From: Bdellovibrionales bacterium
GTDB taxonomy: Bacteria > Bdellovibrionota > Bdellovibrionia > Bdellovibrionales > UBA1609
Assembly: GCA_965219095.1 (NCBI GenBank)
Contig: CBDCMT010000001.1
Coordinates: 2,324,892 to 2,388,891 of the forward strand
Direction of reading: 5' to 3'
Length of the DNA: 64,000 nt
The position numbers and the translations under genes are program-made. Shown here in pieces: positions 42,094-52,583 of the stretch. How positions within the stretch are numbered: position 1 is the first letter of the stretch; each line of letters begins with the position of its first letter. The notes below the pieces were generated by a model. It had not been told where the DNA came from. It did not search any database and worked only from the letters and a program-made list of their open reading frames with translations.

Positions 42094-42150
42094 ACTTTTT
42101 TACATGAGAATAATACTTCATTCTCATCTAAAAAAGTTTGCTCTATCTTT

Positions 42151-43230
42151 TTATGGCCTTGTCTTCTTGCGACCTTCTTGCATAGCAAAACGTTCAAACT
42201 CACCGTACTCATGGAGCTTATTATAAAGTGTTTTAATGGTAATACCTAAAGCATTAGCCACTTGAGTTTTATTGCACTTAAAGTAAGTAAGAGCTTGAAG
42301 AATGTATTGTCTTTCTAATTCTGCAAGAGTTATAGAAGAATCATACTCCACTAGATAAAACCTCTCAGAATCTATGGTCTGATTTTTCACAATCTCATAA
42401 GGTAAGTGTTCAAGACGAATAGTACTATTGCTTTCGCAAGTAACATGAAGCCGTTCACACAAATTTTGAAGCTCACGAACATTTCCTGGCCATTTGTATT
42501 CTTCTAGAACTCTATAAACTTTAGAATCAACTTTTAAACAAGGAGAGATAACTTGACTTCCCTTGGCTTTTTGAGACATAAAGAAATTAAAAAGAGGCTT
42601 AATATCCTCTCTACGACGACGCAGAGGACTTGTTTTTAAAACAATAGTGTTAATGCGATAAAATAAATCTTCACGAAATTGACTGACTTCAACTTCTTTT
42701 TCCAAGGCTTTATTTGTGGCACTAATCAAGCGAATATCAACTTTTAAAAGCTCTTTTCCTCCAACACGATAAAATTCACCGCTTTGCAAAAATCGAAGAA
42801 GTTTACTTTGAATTCCAAGACTAAGTTCTCCCACTTCATCTAAAAATAAAGTTCCTTGATGAGCTTTTTCTACAAAACCTACTTTTTGACTATAAGCTCC
42901 TGTAAAGGCACCTTTTTCATGTCCAAAGAGTTCACTTTCTAATAAAGATTCCTGAAGAGTCCCACAGTTGACCATAATAAAGGGAGCTTTTTTTCTATTA
43001 GAACTCTCATGGAGGGTTTGAGCGATTAACTCTTTTCCTGTACCACTTTCTCCTAAAATAAGAACAGAAGATTGAGAGGCTGCCATTTTATAAACCATAC
43101 CCAAAAGACGACTCATAACCTCTGATTTATAAATCATTTTCTTATTCCCCGTTTGAAAATCCTCACTTTCTTTCTGAGGTTTAATACCTTTTTTTATGAC
43201 TTCATTAAATTCTCTTTTATTGTCTGACAT
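42151..43230 (-). CDS. Sigma54-dependent enhancer-binding protein (AAA+ plus Fis HTH)
   Basis: GESGTGKE, ESELFGHEKGAFTGA, REDLFYR, WPGNVRELQN, NKTQVANALGITIKTLYNKL. Confidence 0.93.
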   Translation of the reverse strand: MSDNKREFNEVIKKGIKPQKESEDFQTGNKKMIYKSEVMSRLLGMVYKMAASQSSVLILGESGTGKELIAQTLHESSNRKKAPFIMVNCGTLQESLLESELFGHEKGAFTGAYSQKVGFVEKAHQGTLFLDEVGELSLGIQSKLLRFLQSGEFYRVGGKELLKVDIRLISATNKALEKEVEVSQFREDLFYRINTIVLKTSPLRRRREDIKPLFNFFMSQKAKGSQVISPCLKVDSKVYRVLEEYKWPGNVRELQNLCERLHVTCESNSTIRLEHLPYEIVKNQTIDSERFYLVEYDSSITLAELERQYILQALTYFKCNKTQVANALGITIKTLYNKLHEYGEFERFAMQEGRKKTRP

Positions 43231-43576
43231 ATTGACTCCTTTACATTTTGTTTATTTTTATTTTCTCTTCCCTTTCTTTTTTGCACTAGATTTAAGCTCT
43301 GGTTTCAATCTTATGCTATGCATTAGACTATACGCATTAAGTAACTTTTTCAAGTTTTTTTTTATGAAATAGTAAAATTTACAATAAAAATCCCTGTAAC
43401 CTGATTAAAAGGGTCAACAGTTAGTTTCTAGGCTTATAATTGAAGTTTCTGATCAATTTTCAAATCAAAGCTATAATACTTCTGAAGTTTAAAAGCCTGG
43501 TTGTCAAATTTTTAAACACTGTTAACAATTTTTGTCATTTCAGGTATTTGTTGTAATAGACGTGTCAGATCATAAC

Positions 43577-43640
43577 GTAAGTCGGTTTCTTAATAGCCCT
43601 TGACTCCTACGAGGAGGATATTTCTTAGATTTTAAAGGTA
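43577..43640 (+). mobile_element. IS66-like terminal remnant (second copy at 55463-55530)
   Basis: GTAAGTCGGTT...CCCTTGACTCCTACGAG...TATTTCTTAGATTTT shared by both sites, with a GTAA terminus. Followed here by an IS1634 fragment (KGKVVQKYIRHIGKEV). Confidence 0.65.
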
Positions 43641-43944
43641 AAGTTGTTCAGAAATACATCCGTCATATTGGAAAAGAAGTTAATAATACCAATTACAGAA
43701 ATTAATTCGACATTTTCATGTTCAAATTTAAAATTTTAAAATTGACTTAAGGAAAAGCTTCAGTTAGGAGATTTTAAAAAAACTTCTTTTGAGGGGAGGT
43801 TAAGTTTTCATAAGATAAGTTTATTTCAGGTATATCTATTTGTTGTGTGAATCGATTGATGGGTTAAAATAAGTGAAAAAGTGAGGGTAAAATTTAAAAT
43901 GACAAAAATCAGTTAAACAATTTAATTTATAGGTTCAAATTAAT

Positions 43945-44171
43945 TTACAAGCTTGATTCATCTTGTTGTTTTCCCCAAGATCGAGTGCATAATTTTTTAA
44001 TCCTGCCCTCCTGATCGCAAAAAGTATTCCAGGCCTCACAACAAGTATTCACTATATGGTCATAGTTTTTAAAACATGCATTCGATAATTTGATCCTTCG
44101 TAATTGTTGCCAGACTTGTTCCATGGGATTTAATTCTGGACTATAAGGAGGTAAAGGCATCAGGGATAAAT
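43945..44171 (-). pseudogene. IS630-family (type 3) transposase C-terminal fragment
   Basis: LMPLPPYSPELNPMEQVWQQLR...FKNYDHIV. Confidence 0.85.
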
Positions 44172-45385
44172 TGTAATAGACGTTATATGATCTGACAGTT
44201 ACCCTTTCTGGGTTGATAAAAAACTGTCTGTCAGTTTGCGTTCTGTTCAATCATCTTTTGCCTTACTTTTTGTTTTCCGTCAAGGAAAGTTTCCATAGGT
44301 GTTCGACCACAACACATTTTTCCCTGATGAGTTCTCCTTTCATTATATTTCACAAGCCACAAGTCAAGGTCAGACTGCAACTCTTCTATGCTTTTGTACA
44401 CTTTTTTTCTAAACTCCACTTGATAAAACTCCTCTAAAATTGTTCTATGAAATCTTTCACAGATGCCATTGGTTTGAGGATGTCTTGCCTTTGTTTTTGT
44501 GTGTTCTATATCATTGATAGCCAAATAAAGCTCATAATCGTGACGATCTTGAACTCCACAGAACTCTGTACCCCTATCTGTTAACATACGAAGCAGGGGC
44601 ACATCATGGTCTTCAAAAAAAGGAAACACTCTATCATTGAGAAGGTCAGCTGCTGTAATAGGTGTTTTCGTTTTATAGAGCTTACAGAAAGCAATTTTTG
44701 AGTAAGTGTCCACAAAGGTTTGTTGATAAAGACGTCCTACACCTTTCATAGTTCCCACATAAAAAGTGTCCTGTGAGCCTAAATAACCAGGATGAGCTGT
44801 CTCTACCTCTCCGCACTCTAAATCCTCTTGTTTCTTCTTCTCTAGGGCTTGTAACTGCTCCTCTGTGAAAACCAAGCCTTCCTCTGCAGACTTCTTTTCT
44901 AAAGCTTTCAAACGCTTTTTGAAAGTCTCTAAATTATTTCTCAGCCAGACCCCTCTAACTCCTGCAGGAGAAATAAAAATTCCTTTTTTCCTTAACTCAT
45001 TGGACGCTCTCAACTGTCCATAGGCAGGAAGTTCTATAGCGATCCTTAAACAAGCCTCTTCTGTCGTTTGATCAACTCTGTTTTTTAAATTAGGCTTTCT
45101 ACGACTTTGCTCTCTTAATGATTCTAAACCTCCTTCCTCTTTGAGTGTCTTGTAACGATAAAATGTATCTCTTGAAAAGCCCATCACCTTACAAGCTTGA
45201 GATACATTGCCTAACTCTTCTGCTAATTGCAAAAGACCTACTTTTGATTTTATAATTCTTTCTTGATATGTCATTTTTGTTATCCTTTCTCCACCCTTTG
45301 GGGTGGTATTGTTTATTTAAAAGGGTAACCTCTTTTCATCTCTTTGACATTTCGAGACGTGTCAGATTAAGTTGCGACTATTACA
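44172..45385 (-). mobile_element. IS481-family element with intact transposase (44231-45274)
   Basis: TGT...ACA termini with imperfect 26-bp IR. DTFYVG, LTDRGTEF, GICERFH DDE residues. Confidence 0.95.
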
Positions 45386-45445
45386 GCTGATTGATGATTG
45401 GTATGGCTCTCCCATTACTTTTTCAAAGGTTTATGAAGACATTCA

Positions 45446-45973
45446 TCAAGGATTTTTAAGCTGGTTTATGGATTTACCTTCTATTAAAAAATCTTTAACT
45501 TGGGCTTTACCATTAGCTATGACTGATATCACAATTTGTAGGTTTTTTTTCTGTAAGGATAGATTTCGTAAAGTAGAGTTCCAATACTTAGCTTTCTTTT
45601 CAGGAAGATAATACCTTTCAATACCTGCTTTAAACCCTCCATAAGAACACACTCCCTTTACCATAATCTGACAAAATCTAGGCTTCTCATAAGAAAATCC
45701 AAGAGGTTTTAAACAAATGTACGCTCTTTTAGAAATAACTTCCTGATTTTTTTGAGAATTACAGATCTCAGAAGAGCTTAATTCATAATCCACAGTGTAA
45801 CGTAAATAATAACCTGAGAGAAAAGATCTGGGATCATAAGGCTTAACGGAAAGAATAACACTTTGACCTTGCATAAGAATGTATTTTTTATAAAAAGTAA
45901 GGCTTACAAGAGCGACAAAAGGAAATAAAAGAGCTAAAAGAAAAAGTGCTTTTTTCTGTTTCACAAAGCCCAC
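45446..45973 (-). CDS. GDYXXLXY domain-containing membrane-anchored protein
   Basis: VKPYDPRSFLSGYYLRYTVDY, GIERYYLPE and an N-terminal TM helix. Confidence 0.85.
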   Translation of the reverse strand: MGFVKQKKALFLLALLFPFVALVSLTFYKKYILMQGQSVILSVKPYDPRSFLSGYYLRYTVDYELSSSEICNSQKNQEVISKRAYICLKPLGFSYEKPRFCQIMVKGVCSYGGFKAGIERYYLPEKKAKYWNSTLRNLSLQKKNLQIVISVIANGKAQVKDFLIEGKSINQLKNP

Positions 45974-47079
45974 CTCTTAAACCACTCTGTCATAGCTTGA
46001 CTGTATTGATTCCATAAAACACTGACTAAAATAAAAACTGAGCCATAAATCATTAAGCTCAAACTTGTACTCAAAAGCCCTAAAGAAGCTATAATAAAAA
46101 AGATAAGAAACCGAAGCTGAATAGCAATTAAAAAATATCTGAAAAGCCTTTCATAACCCCTCCTTAAAAACACAAGGCTAAGAGAAAAAAGCCCTAAAAG
46201 AAGAACAGTCATATGAAGAGGGAAAAAAAAGCTTATAAGAAAAACCAAAAGAAAGCATTTATCTTTCATATCAAAAGACGATTTAAAAAACAAATAAAGA
46301 CTCATAAAAAAAGCAAGAAAATAGCTTAAAATATAAACAGAGTTTGAAAAATCAAGAAGAGAAGATTCCTCGCCATGGATTAGAGTGGCATGGGTTAGGC
46401 CTACTTCTTTATAAATAAAACTAAGAACAAAAACAAGAAGAGTCCATCCCCATAAAACTTTTGTTTGCTGTATGTTTTTAAAAAACAGATCTGAACTCAT
46501 AGTTAAGAAAGCACTTATAAGGGGTAAAAATACAAAAATCGTAATGATTTCCTGATGGGCAAAAAAGTTAGTGTTTAATAAAAAATGAGCGAAGCCGAAA
46601 AAAAATCCCATAAGCCATAAAAAAAAAGCTACCGGTTTTTTAGAAAAAAGCACAACTCCAAAAGTAATCAAAGACCAGAAAAGAAGTGCATCAGGCAATT
46701 CACCCCCTGTATTATAAACTTGAGAGATAAGACCAATAGAAGCTAGACAAAAAAGTAAAAAAGCTAAGAGAATACTCTCAAAATAGAGGGGGTTTTTTTT
46801 CTCCCAAAAATAAAAACTAAAAGATCCTAAGACCATAAGAATGAAAAAATCAGCCACTAATTTAACAGTGTCAGATAGATCGTTCCAGTTGCTTGCTATG
46901 AAAGAAATAACACCTAATAAAAAGGTGATCACTCCTATAGTAAGAAATCCTGCAACAAAACGACGGCCTGCAGGCTTTTGGTTTCTTTCTAGTAAAATGA
47001 TCTCTTCAGCCTGCTTTGATGTAATTAACTTCTCCTTCACCCATTTCTGAAGGTTTTTTTCAAGTTGCTTTATTTTCAT
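45961..47079 (-). CDS. DUF2157 domain membrane protein
   Basis: LQKWVKEKLITSKQAEEI, GVISFIASNW, IGLISQVYNTGGE and many TM helices. Confidence 0.85.
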   Translation of the reverse strand: MKIKQLEKNLQKWVKEKLITSKQAEEIILLERNQKPAGRRFVAGFLTIGVITFLLGVISFIASNWNDLSDTVKLVADFFILMVLGSFSFYFWEKKNPLYFESILLAFLLFCLASIGLISQVYNTGGELPDALLFWSLITFGVVLFSKKPVAFFLWLMGFFFGFAHFLLNTNFFAHQEIITIFVFLPLISAFLTMSSDLFFKNIQQTKVLWGWTLLVFVLSFIYKEVGLTHATLIHGEESSLLDFSNSVYILSYFLAFFMSLYLFFKSSFDMKDKCFLLVFLISFFFPLHMTVLLLGLFSLSLVFLRRGYERLFRYFLIAIQLRFLIFFIIASLGLLSTSLSLMIYGSVFILVSVLWNQYSQAMTEWFKRWAL

Positions 47080-47528
47080 GCTCTTTTAAGAGTACCAAAT
47101 ATTTTTTCTTTTTAAAATCTCCTTTCTTACATCAACAAAAGTCTTGAAACATAGACTAAAGGGGAAAAGATTTACAACTTATTGAAATTTATAGTCTTTT
47201 TTGTCACGATAAAGAGAAGCCCATCTTATGACAAAAAAAGCCATCTTAGCCCTTTTAAAATACCTTCAAAAGTTTCATAAAGATACCCCTTTTTTAAACA
47301 CTCTCTTTAGTAAGAAGAATCTTGAACATCTTTTGTGCCAAATTAAAAAAATAAAGAAATCAAGTCCTATGTATAAAATTCAACAAGCTATCTAAAGATA
47401 AAGATTATGGAAAAAACTCTACAAGCCCCTTTATCCTTTCATTCAACGAAACAACAGATCGTAAAAAAACTTAAAAAAAATATAAACCATCAAAGAAATC
47501 AAAATTATTTTTTTAGTTTGTAAACTTT

Positions 47529-48884
47529 ATGAAATTAAGAGATTTTTTATCAGAACAGCAAATATCAAAAGAGCCTGAAATCCTAGCAATTTACGGTAGA
47601 GACTGGAACTCCCATTACAAAGCCCATCCTTCTTGTGTGATTTTTGTGGAAACTACCGAACAAGTGCAAAAACTGGTCCATTACGCTAGAGAAAAAAAAA
47701 CTTCCTTAGTCCCTTCAGGAGGTAGGACAGGGTTAAGTGGTGGAGCTACTGCAACACAACAAGAGATGATTGTTTCTTTTGAAAGAATGAACAAAATTTT
47801 AAACTTTAACCCCATAGATCGTATTTTAACTTGTCAGGCAGGCACAATTACAGAAGAGATCCAAAATTTTGCAAAAACAAAAAATATTTACTTTCCCGTT
47901 GATTTTGCCTCTAAGGGTTCAAGCCATATTGGGGGCAACGTAGCAACTAACGCAGGAGGAATGAAAGTCATTCGCTACGGACTTATCCGTCAATGGATCA
48001 CAGGACTTCAGGTAGTCACAGGAAAAGGAGATGTTCTTCATCTAAACAACTCTTTAGTCAAAAACGCTACGGGTTATGACTTAAGACATCTATTCATCGG
48101 AAGTGAAGGCACTTTAGGTTTTATTACTGAAGTCTCTTGTCAATTGACAAAGCCTTTCTGCTCTTTGCAAGTTCTTGTTCTTTCGCTCCCCACCTTAGAC
48201 AGTCTTATGAAAGTGTTTGAAGCTTTTCGAGTATTTGATTTAACAGCTTTTGAAATGTTTTCCCAAAAAGCTTTACAGATCACTTTAAAATCTCTCAAAA
48301 TCAAAAACCCCCTCTCTTCCCAAACCCCTTATTACGTTCTTATTGAAATAGAAGCCCCTCCACAAAAGCATCTTTTAGAGGTTTTTGAACACTGTCTCTC
48401 AAAAGGTTGGACTCTGGGAGGAGAGATGAGCCAAAACCAACAACAATTTCGGACCCTTTGGAGCTTAAGAGAGGGCGTGTCAGAAGCTCTAGCCTTTTTA
48501 CAGCCTTATAAAAATGATGTTTCTGTAAAAATTTCTGACATTCCTGATTTTTTAAAGAAGGCAAATGAGCTTCTTTATAAAAATTATCCTGATTTTGAGG
48601 TTCTATGGTTTGGGCATATTGGAGACGGAAACCTGCATATTAACATTTTAAAGCCCCCTTCTTTAGATTTAAAAGAGTTTCTTAAAACTTGTAAAAAAAC
48701 AGACGAGCTTCTTTTCTCCGTTCTCAAAGACTATAAAGGAAGCATTTCTGCAGAACACGGAGTTGGTCTTTTAAAAAAAGACTTCCTTTCCTTTACTCGC
48801 TCAAAAGAAGAGATTGAAATTATGAAATCCATTAAATCTGTTTTTGACCCCTCAGGAATTTTAAACCCAGGAAAAATCTTTTAG
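47529..48884 (+). CDS. FAD-binding oxidoreductase (GlcD / D-2-hydroxyacid dehydrogenase family)
   Basis: PSGGRTGLSGG, GGNVATNAGG, NATGYDL..LFIGSEGTLG, GHIGDGNLH, ISAEHGVG, LNPGKIF. Confidence 0.93.
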   Translation: MKLRDFLSEQQISKEPEILAIYGRDWNSHYKAHPSCVIFVETTEQVQKLVHYAREKKTSLVPSGGRTGLSGGATATQQEMIVSFERMNKILNFNPIDRILTCQAGTITEEIQNFAKTKNIYFPVDFASKGSSHIGGNVATNAGGMKVIRYGLIRQWITGLQVVTGKGDVLHLNNSLVKNATGYDLRHLFIGSEGTLGFITEVSCQLTKPFCSLQVLVLSLPTLDSLMKVFEAFRVFDLTAFEMFSQKALQITLKSLKIKNPLSSQTPYYVLIEIEAPPQKHLLEVFEHCLSKGWTLGGEMSQNQQQFRTLWSLREGVSEALAFLQPYKNDVSVKISDIPDFLKKANELLYKNYPDFEVLWFGHIGDGNLHINILKPPSLDLKEFLKTCKKTDELLFSVLKDYKGSISAEHGVGLLKKDFLSFTRSKEEIEIMKSIKSVFDPSGILNPGKIF

Positions 48885-48892
48885 AAGCTTTC

Positions 48893-50494
48893 CTATTGTT
48901 TCAACTGCCAATAATTTCTACCTATAGTATACTTGTAGGTGTCTTTTTCCATGCTGACACGATCACTTACAGCATAGAGATCATAAATACGATTGAACAT
49001 AAAAATATAAGGAGCATCGTAAGCTATCTTTCTATAAATTTTTTTATACACTTTGATACGTTTGCTTCTATCGAGAATGTTCCTTCCCTTATCAATGAGT
49101 TTATCCACCTTAGAGTTGGAATAGGAGATAAAGTTAGAGCCTCCTTTTTTTATAGAAGAAGTATGCCAAATTTGTTTGGGATCATTGTCCACAGAACCAG
49201 CACTCCATCCCAGGTTAACAGCATCAAACTCTTTTTCATCAAGTTTTTTCAAAAAAGAACTCCACTCCAAATACTGAAGCTTCATATCAATGCCGGATTT
49301 TTTTAAATCTTCTTTATAAATCGTAAAATACTTTTCTCTTTCTTTATTAACTAAAAGAAGTGTAAATTTGAAATCCACCCTCTTGTCTTTGATTTTCTTA
49401 TCTAAAATGCCGTCCTTATTAGAATCAGCCCAACCTGCTTTTCTCAACAGCATTTGAGCTTTTTTAGGATTATACTTAAAAGGTTCAACTTTAGCAGCAT
49501 AAGGGCTTTGCTGATACCAAGGACCTGTTGCAAGTAAACTCATATCAAACAAAAACTTTTTGATCATAAGACGTCTATTCATCAAATGGGCTAAAGCCCA
49601 ACGCACCTTTCTATCTTTAAACAGCTCTTTTTTAAGATTCCAACCTACATAACCATAACCTTTAGGGGCAGAGTTCTGTGTTTTTTTCTTAAAGTACTTT
49701 TTTCCCCACTGAGTTCCTTGTGTTTTTGTTACATAGTCTTCGACTCTTAGGCCAGTAAAATCCAATTGGCCCTTTTTAAAAACCTCAAGACTTACTAGGC
49801 TTTCTTTAATGAAACGAAAGTAAATTTTGGGAATCCTATAAGTTGTTTTTAAATCTTTAACCTTATGACCCCACCACTGAGGATTTTTTTCTAAAATGAT
49901 AGAGCGTCCTTTGTTGTATTTTGCCAACTTGTAAGCTCCCGATCCTACTAAAATTTTATTGTTTTTCTTATCATTATTATAAATATGACGAGGAATAGCC
50001 GTTAATCCCGCCATGGTAGCAAAGTTTCCAAAGTAGTTGTTTTTTAAGCGAATTTCCAAAGTATAATCATCAATAACTTTTACCGATTTTAAGCCATCAT
50101 AATAAGGTATAATATTATAGGCCTCAAATTTAGGATCATGAATAGCATCATAAAAAAACTTAACATCATAAGCTGTAACGGGTTTTCCATCATGAAATTT
50201 TGCATTTTTTCTTATATAAAACCTATAGGTTTTTTGATCAGGACTCATCGTATATTTATAAGCTAGGTAAGGCTTAAACTCATAAGTATCAGGATCCCTT
50301 ATCATCAAAGAATCGAGAACATAGCTTTGTATTTGGCTTGAATAGTAATCAGAGCTTTTAATAGGATGAAGGGTTTCGGGCTCTAATTGCAGATTATCAA
50401 AGAAAACACCCTTAGGCCTTTTATCAGAACCTGCATATGTAAAAAAGCCTAAAAAGAAAAAACCTAAAGTCCATACCACTAAAATAAAACGCAT
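48893..50494 (-). CDS. ABC transporter peptide-binding protein (OppA/AppA family)
   Basis: FHDGKPVTAYDVKF, GSGAYKL, FKDRKVRWALAH, YNPKKA..LL..AGW. Confidence 0.9.
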   Translation of the reverse strand: MRFILVVWTLGFFFLGFFTYAGSDKRPKGVFFDNLQLEPETLHPIKSSDYYSSQIQSYVLDSLMIRDPDTYEFKPYLAYKYTMSPDQKTYRFYIRKNAKFHDGKPVTAYDVKFFYDAIHDPKFEAYNIIPYYDGLKSVKVIDDYTLEIRLKNNYFGNFATMAGLTAIPRHIYNNDKKNNKILVGSGAYKLAKYNKGRSIILEKNPQWWGHKVKDLKTTYRIPKIYFRFIKESLVSLEVFKKGQLDFTGLRVEDYVTKTQGTQWGKKYFKKKTQNSAPKGYGYVGWNLKKELFKDRKVRWALAHLMNRRLMIKKFLFDMSLLATGPWYQQSPYAAKVEPFKYNPKKAQMLLRKAGWADSNKDGILDKKIKDKRVDFKFTLLLVNKEREKYFTIYKEDLKKSGIDMKLQYLEWSSFLKKLDEKEFDAVNLGWSAGSVDNDPKQIWHTSSIKKGGSNFISYSNSKVDKLIDKGRNILDRSKRIKVYKKIYRKIAYDAPYIFMFNRIYDLYAVSDRVSMEKDTYKYTIGRNYWQLKQ

Positions 50495-50588
50495 AGAAAT
50501 CTCCTCTTTTTTATGAATCTCTTGACTTGTTTAATAGAATAAACATAAAACAGCACTATTGTAAAGGGAAAAAAGAAAGAAGATTAAA

Positions 50589-51167
50589 ATGTTCAGTTTT
50601 TTCAAAAAAATGTACAACCAGGCTATGAATAAAGCTCGAAACAATCCTAAAACATCAGCTTTTTCCTTGGGTCTTCTCAGCATGGGGGAAAGCGTTATCG
50701 TTCCTATTCCTGTTGACCCTTTCCTTATTTTCTTAGCTTTAGCCCAACAAAAAAAAGCTCTCAAACTTGCCACTATAACAACTCTCAGTTCTACACTAGG
50801 AGGTGTCATAGGCTATTTTTTAGGTTTTTTCTTTTGGTCTCAAATATCAACTTATGTTCCAGAACACATCCACCTCCATCTCAATACGGTTTTTGAGTAC
50901 TTTAGAAAATACGATGCTCTATCGATCTTTATTGCTGGATTTACCTATATACCCTATAAAATCTTCACTTTAGGAGCAGGAATCGCTCAAATTTCTTTTA
51001 TTAATTTTGTTATCTTTTCACTTCTTGGAAGAGGGCTTAGATTTTTTATCATAGGAGGCTTGATTTATTGGAAAGGGCCCTTTATTGAGCCTTTCTTGAA
51101 GAAGCACATAGGAGTCATTATCATAGCTATTACTACTTTTATCCTTCTTATCTACTTTCTTTCTTAA
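50589..51167 (+). CDS. YqaA/DedA (VTT domain) membrane protein
   Basis: ESVIVPIPVD, STLGGVIGY, GFTYIPYKIFT, GRGLRFF. Confidence 0.88.
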   Translation: MFSFFKKMYNQAMNKARNNPKTSAFSLGLLSMGESVIVPIPVDPFLIFLALAQQKKALKLATITTLSSTLGGVIGYFLGFFFWSQISTYVPEHIHLHLNTVFEYFRKYDALSIFIAGFTYIPYKIFTLGAGIAQISFINFVIFSLLGRGLRFFIIGGLIYWKGPFIEPFLKKHIGVIIIAITTFILLIYFLS

Positions 51168-51170
51168 AAG

Positions 51171-52205
51171 ATGACCTCTTTAGAAAACCATGGCAATTCT
51201 TTTAAAACTCTTTTCGGACTTCCTCCGGAAAAAACAGCACCTGTTATCGTTTTACCTGTCTTATGGGATGTGAGTACATCTTTTCTGCCAGGAGCACATA
51301 AAGCTCCTGAAGCTATTTTAAAAGTAAGTGATCAAATGGATCTTTTTCACCCTTGTTGGCAGGATTTCAAAGTCACCATGGAAACCTTTTGTCAAAAACA
51401 AAAAAAACAAAATAAAAAGTTAAGAAAGATTTCAAAAAAAATCTTTCAAGCTTTAGAATCAAAATCAAGCCTCACACACACACTCCAAAAAAAACTCCAA
51501 TACATAAACCTAGCTTCAGAAAAACTCAACCAATGGGTTTATAACAAAAGCTCACACTACCTTCAACAAGAACGTTTTGTGGGAGTGTTAGGAGGGGATC
51601 ACTCCTCTCCTTTAGGATTGGTCACAGCACTTTCAGAAAAATATAAGAAAGAGGGTTTTGGTATTTTGCACATTGACGCTCACGCTGATTTAAGAGAAAA
51701 TTACTGTGGCTTCACTCACTCTCATGCCTCGTTTGTAAATCAAGTTCTTAAACTCCCCTATCCCCCCTTAAAGATAGCTCAAATAGGTTTAAGAGACTTT
51801 TCAGCTTCAGAGTACAAACGAATCCAAGAGGATAAGAAATTAGAGCTTTTTAGTGATTTTGATTTAAGACGAAAAAAGTCACAAGGTCAACTATGGCATA
51901 ATTTATGCTTAGATATACTTCATACACTTCCTAAAAACATCTACATATCTTTGGATGTGGACGGTCTTGAACTCTCCTGTTGTCCTGATACAGGCACTCC
52001 TGTGCCAGGAGGTTTGAGTTTTTCTGAAGTGATTTACCTTTTAGAACTGTTAGCAGGTACTCATAAGCCTTTTTGTGAGAAAACCATCATAGGCTTTGAT
52101 CTTGTAGAGGTACGCCCTGTGAAGCACAATCAAGTCAATGAACTTGTAGGGGCTAAGCTTCTTTTTTATCTTTGTGGCTGGATTCAAAATCAAAAAACGA
52201 ATTAA
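51171..52205 (+). CDS. speB: Agmatinase / ureohydrolase
   Basis: GGDHS, HIDAHAD, SLDVDGL, TGTPVPGGL, GFDLVEV. Substrate not verified. Confidence 0.8.
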   Translation: MTSLENHGNSFKTLFGLPPEKTAPVIVLPVLWDVSTSFLPGAHKAPEAILKVSDQMDLFHPCWQDFKVTMETFCQKQKKQNKKLRKISKKIFQALESKSSLTHTLQKKLQYINLASEKLNQWVYNKSSHYLQQERFVGVLGGDHSSPLGLVTALSEKYKKEGFGILHIDAHADLRENYCGFTHSHASFVNQVLKLPYPPLKIAQIGLRDFSASEYKRIQEDKKLELFSDFDLRRKKSQGQLWHNLCLDILHTLPKNIYISLDVDGLELSCCPDTGTPVPGGLSFSEVIYLLELLAGTHKPFCEKTIIGFDLVEVRPVKHNQVNELVGAKLLFYLCGWIQNQKTN

Positions 52206-52211
52206 TTGTCT

Positions 52212-52583
52212 TTAATTAACCGCCTTTTTTCTTTTTAAATCTAATTCTCTGATTTCAGCACCCTCAATACTTAGGCGAGTCCAAGGAATAGCCAGAAGAC
52301 GTTGCTTTTCAATAAGCTCCTCTGTTTCTTCACAAACACCATACACACCATTTTCTATGCGATGCAAAGCTAGATCGATTTCCCTGATTTTAAAACGAAG
52401 TCGATCATTAGCTTGTAAATTCGCTGTTTCATCTTGAGCACGTAAACTTTGATCAGCTTCATCACCCCCTCTTTCAATTTGATGGCTCATTTGCTCCTGC
52501 AAGAGACGTTGCTGACTGAGTAAATCTTCTCTTTCTTGAAGTAGCTTTTCTTTGCAAGCATAGATTAGATCATTTCTTTTCAT
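52212..52583 (-). CDS. dksA: DksA/TraR-family RNA polymerase-binding factor, zinc-finger-degenerate
   Basis: Coiled-coil tip DEADQS, AL.RIENG.YGVC, RL.A.PW.RL. Confidence 0.85.
   Translation of the reverse strand: MKRNDLIYACKEKLLQEREDLLSQQRLLQEQMSHQIERGGDEADQSLRAQDETANLQANDRLRFKIREIDLALHRIENGVYGVCEETEELIEKQRLLAIPWTRLSIEGAEIRELDLKRKKAVN

Noticed and set aside
43684-43711. 28-bp match to 52938-52965 as the empty IS110 target site
   Set aside because: The IS110 right end is missing, so the core and right flank cannot be verified. The segment may just be another IS end.
43945-44250. 101-aa ORF as a novel fusion protein
   Set aside because: It is a chance read-through from the IS481 terminal region into an IS630 fragment.
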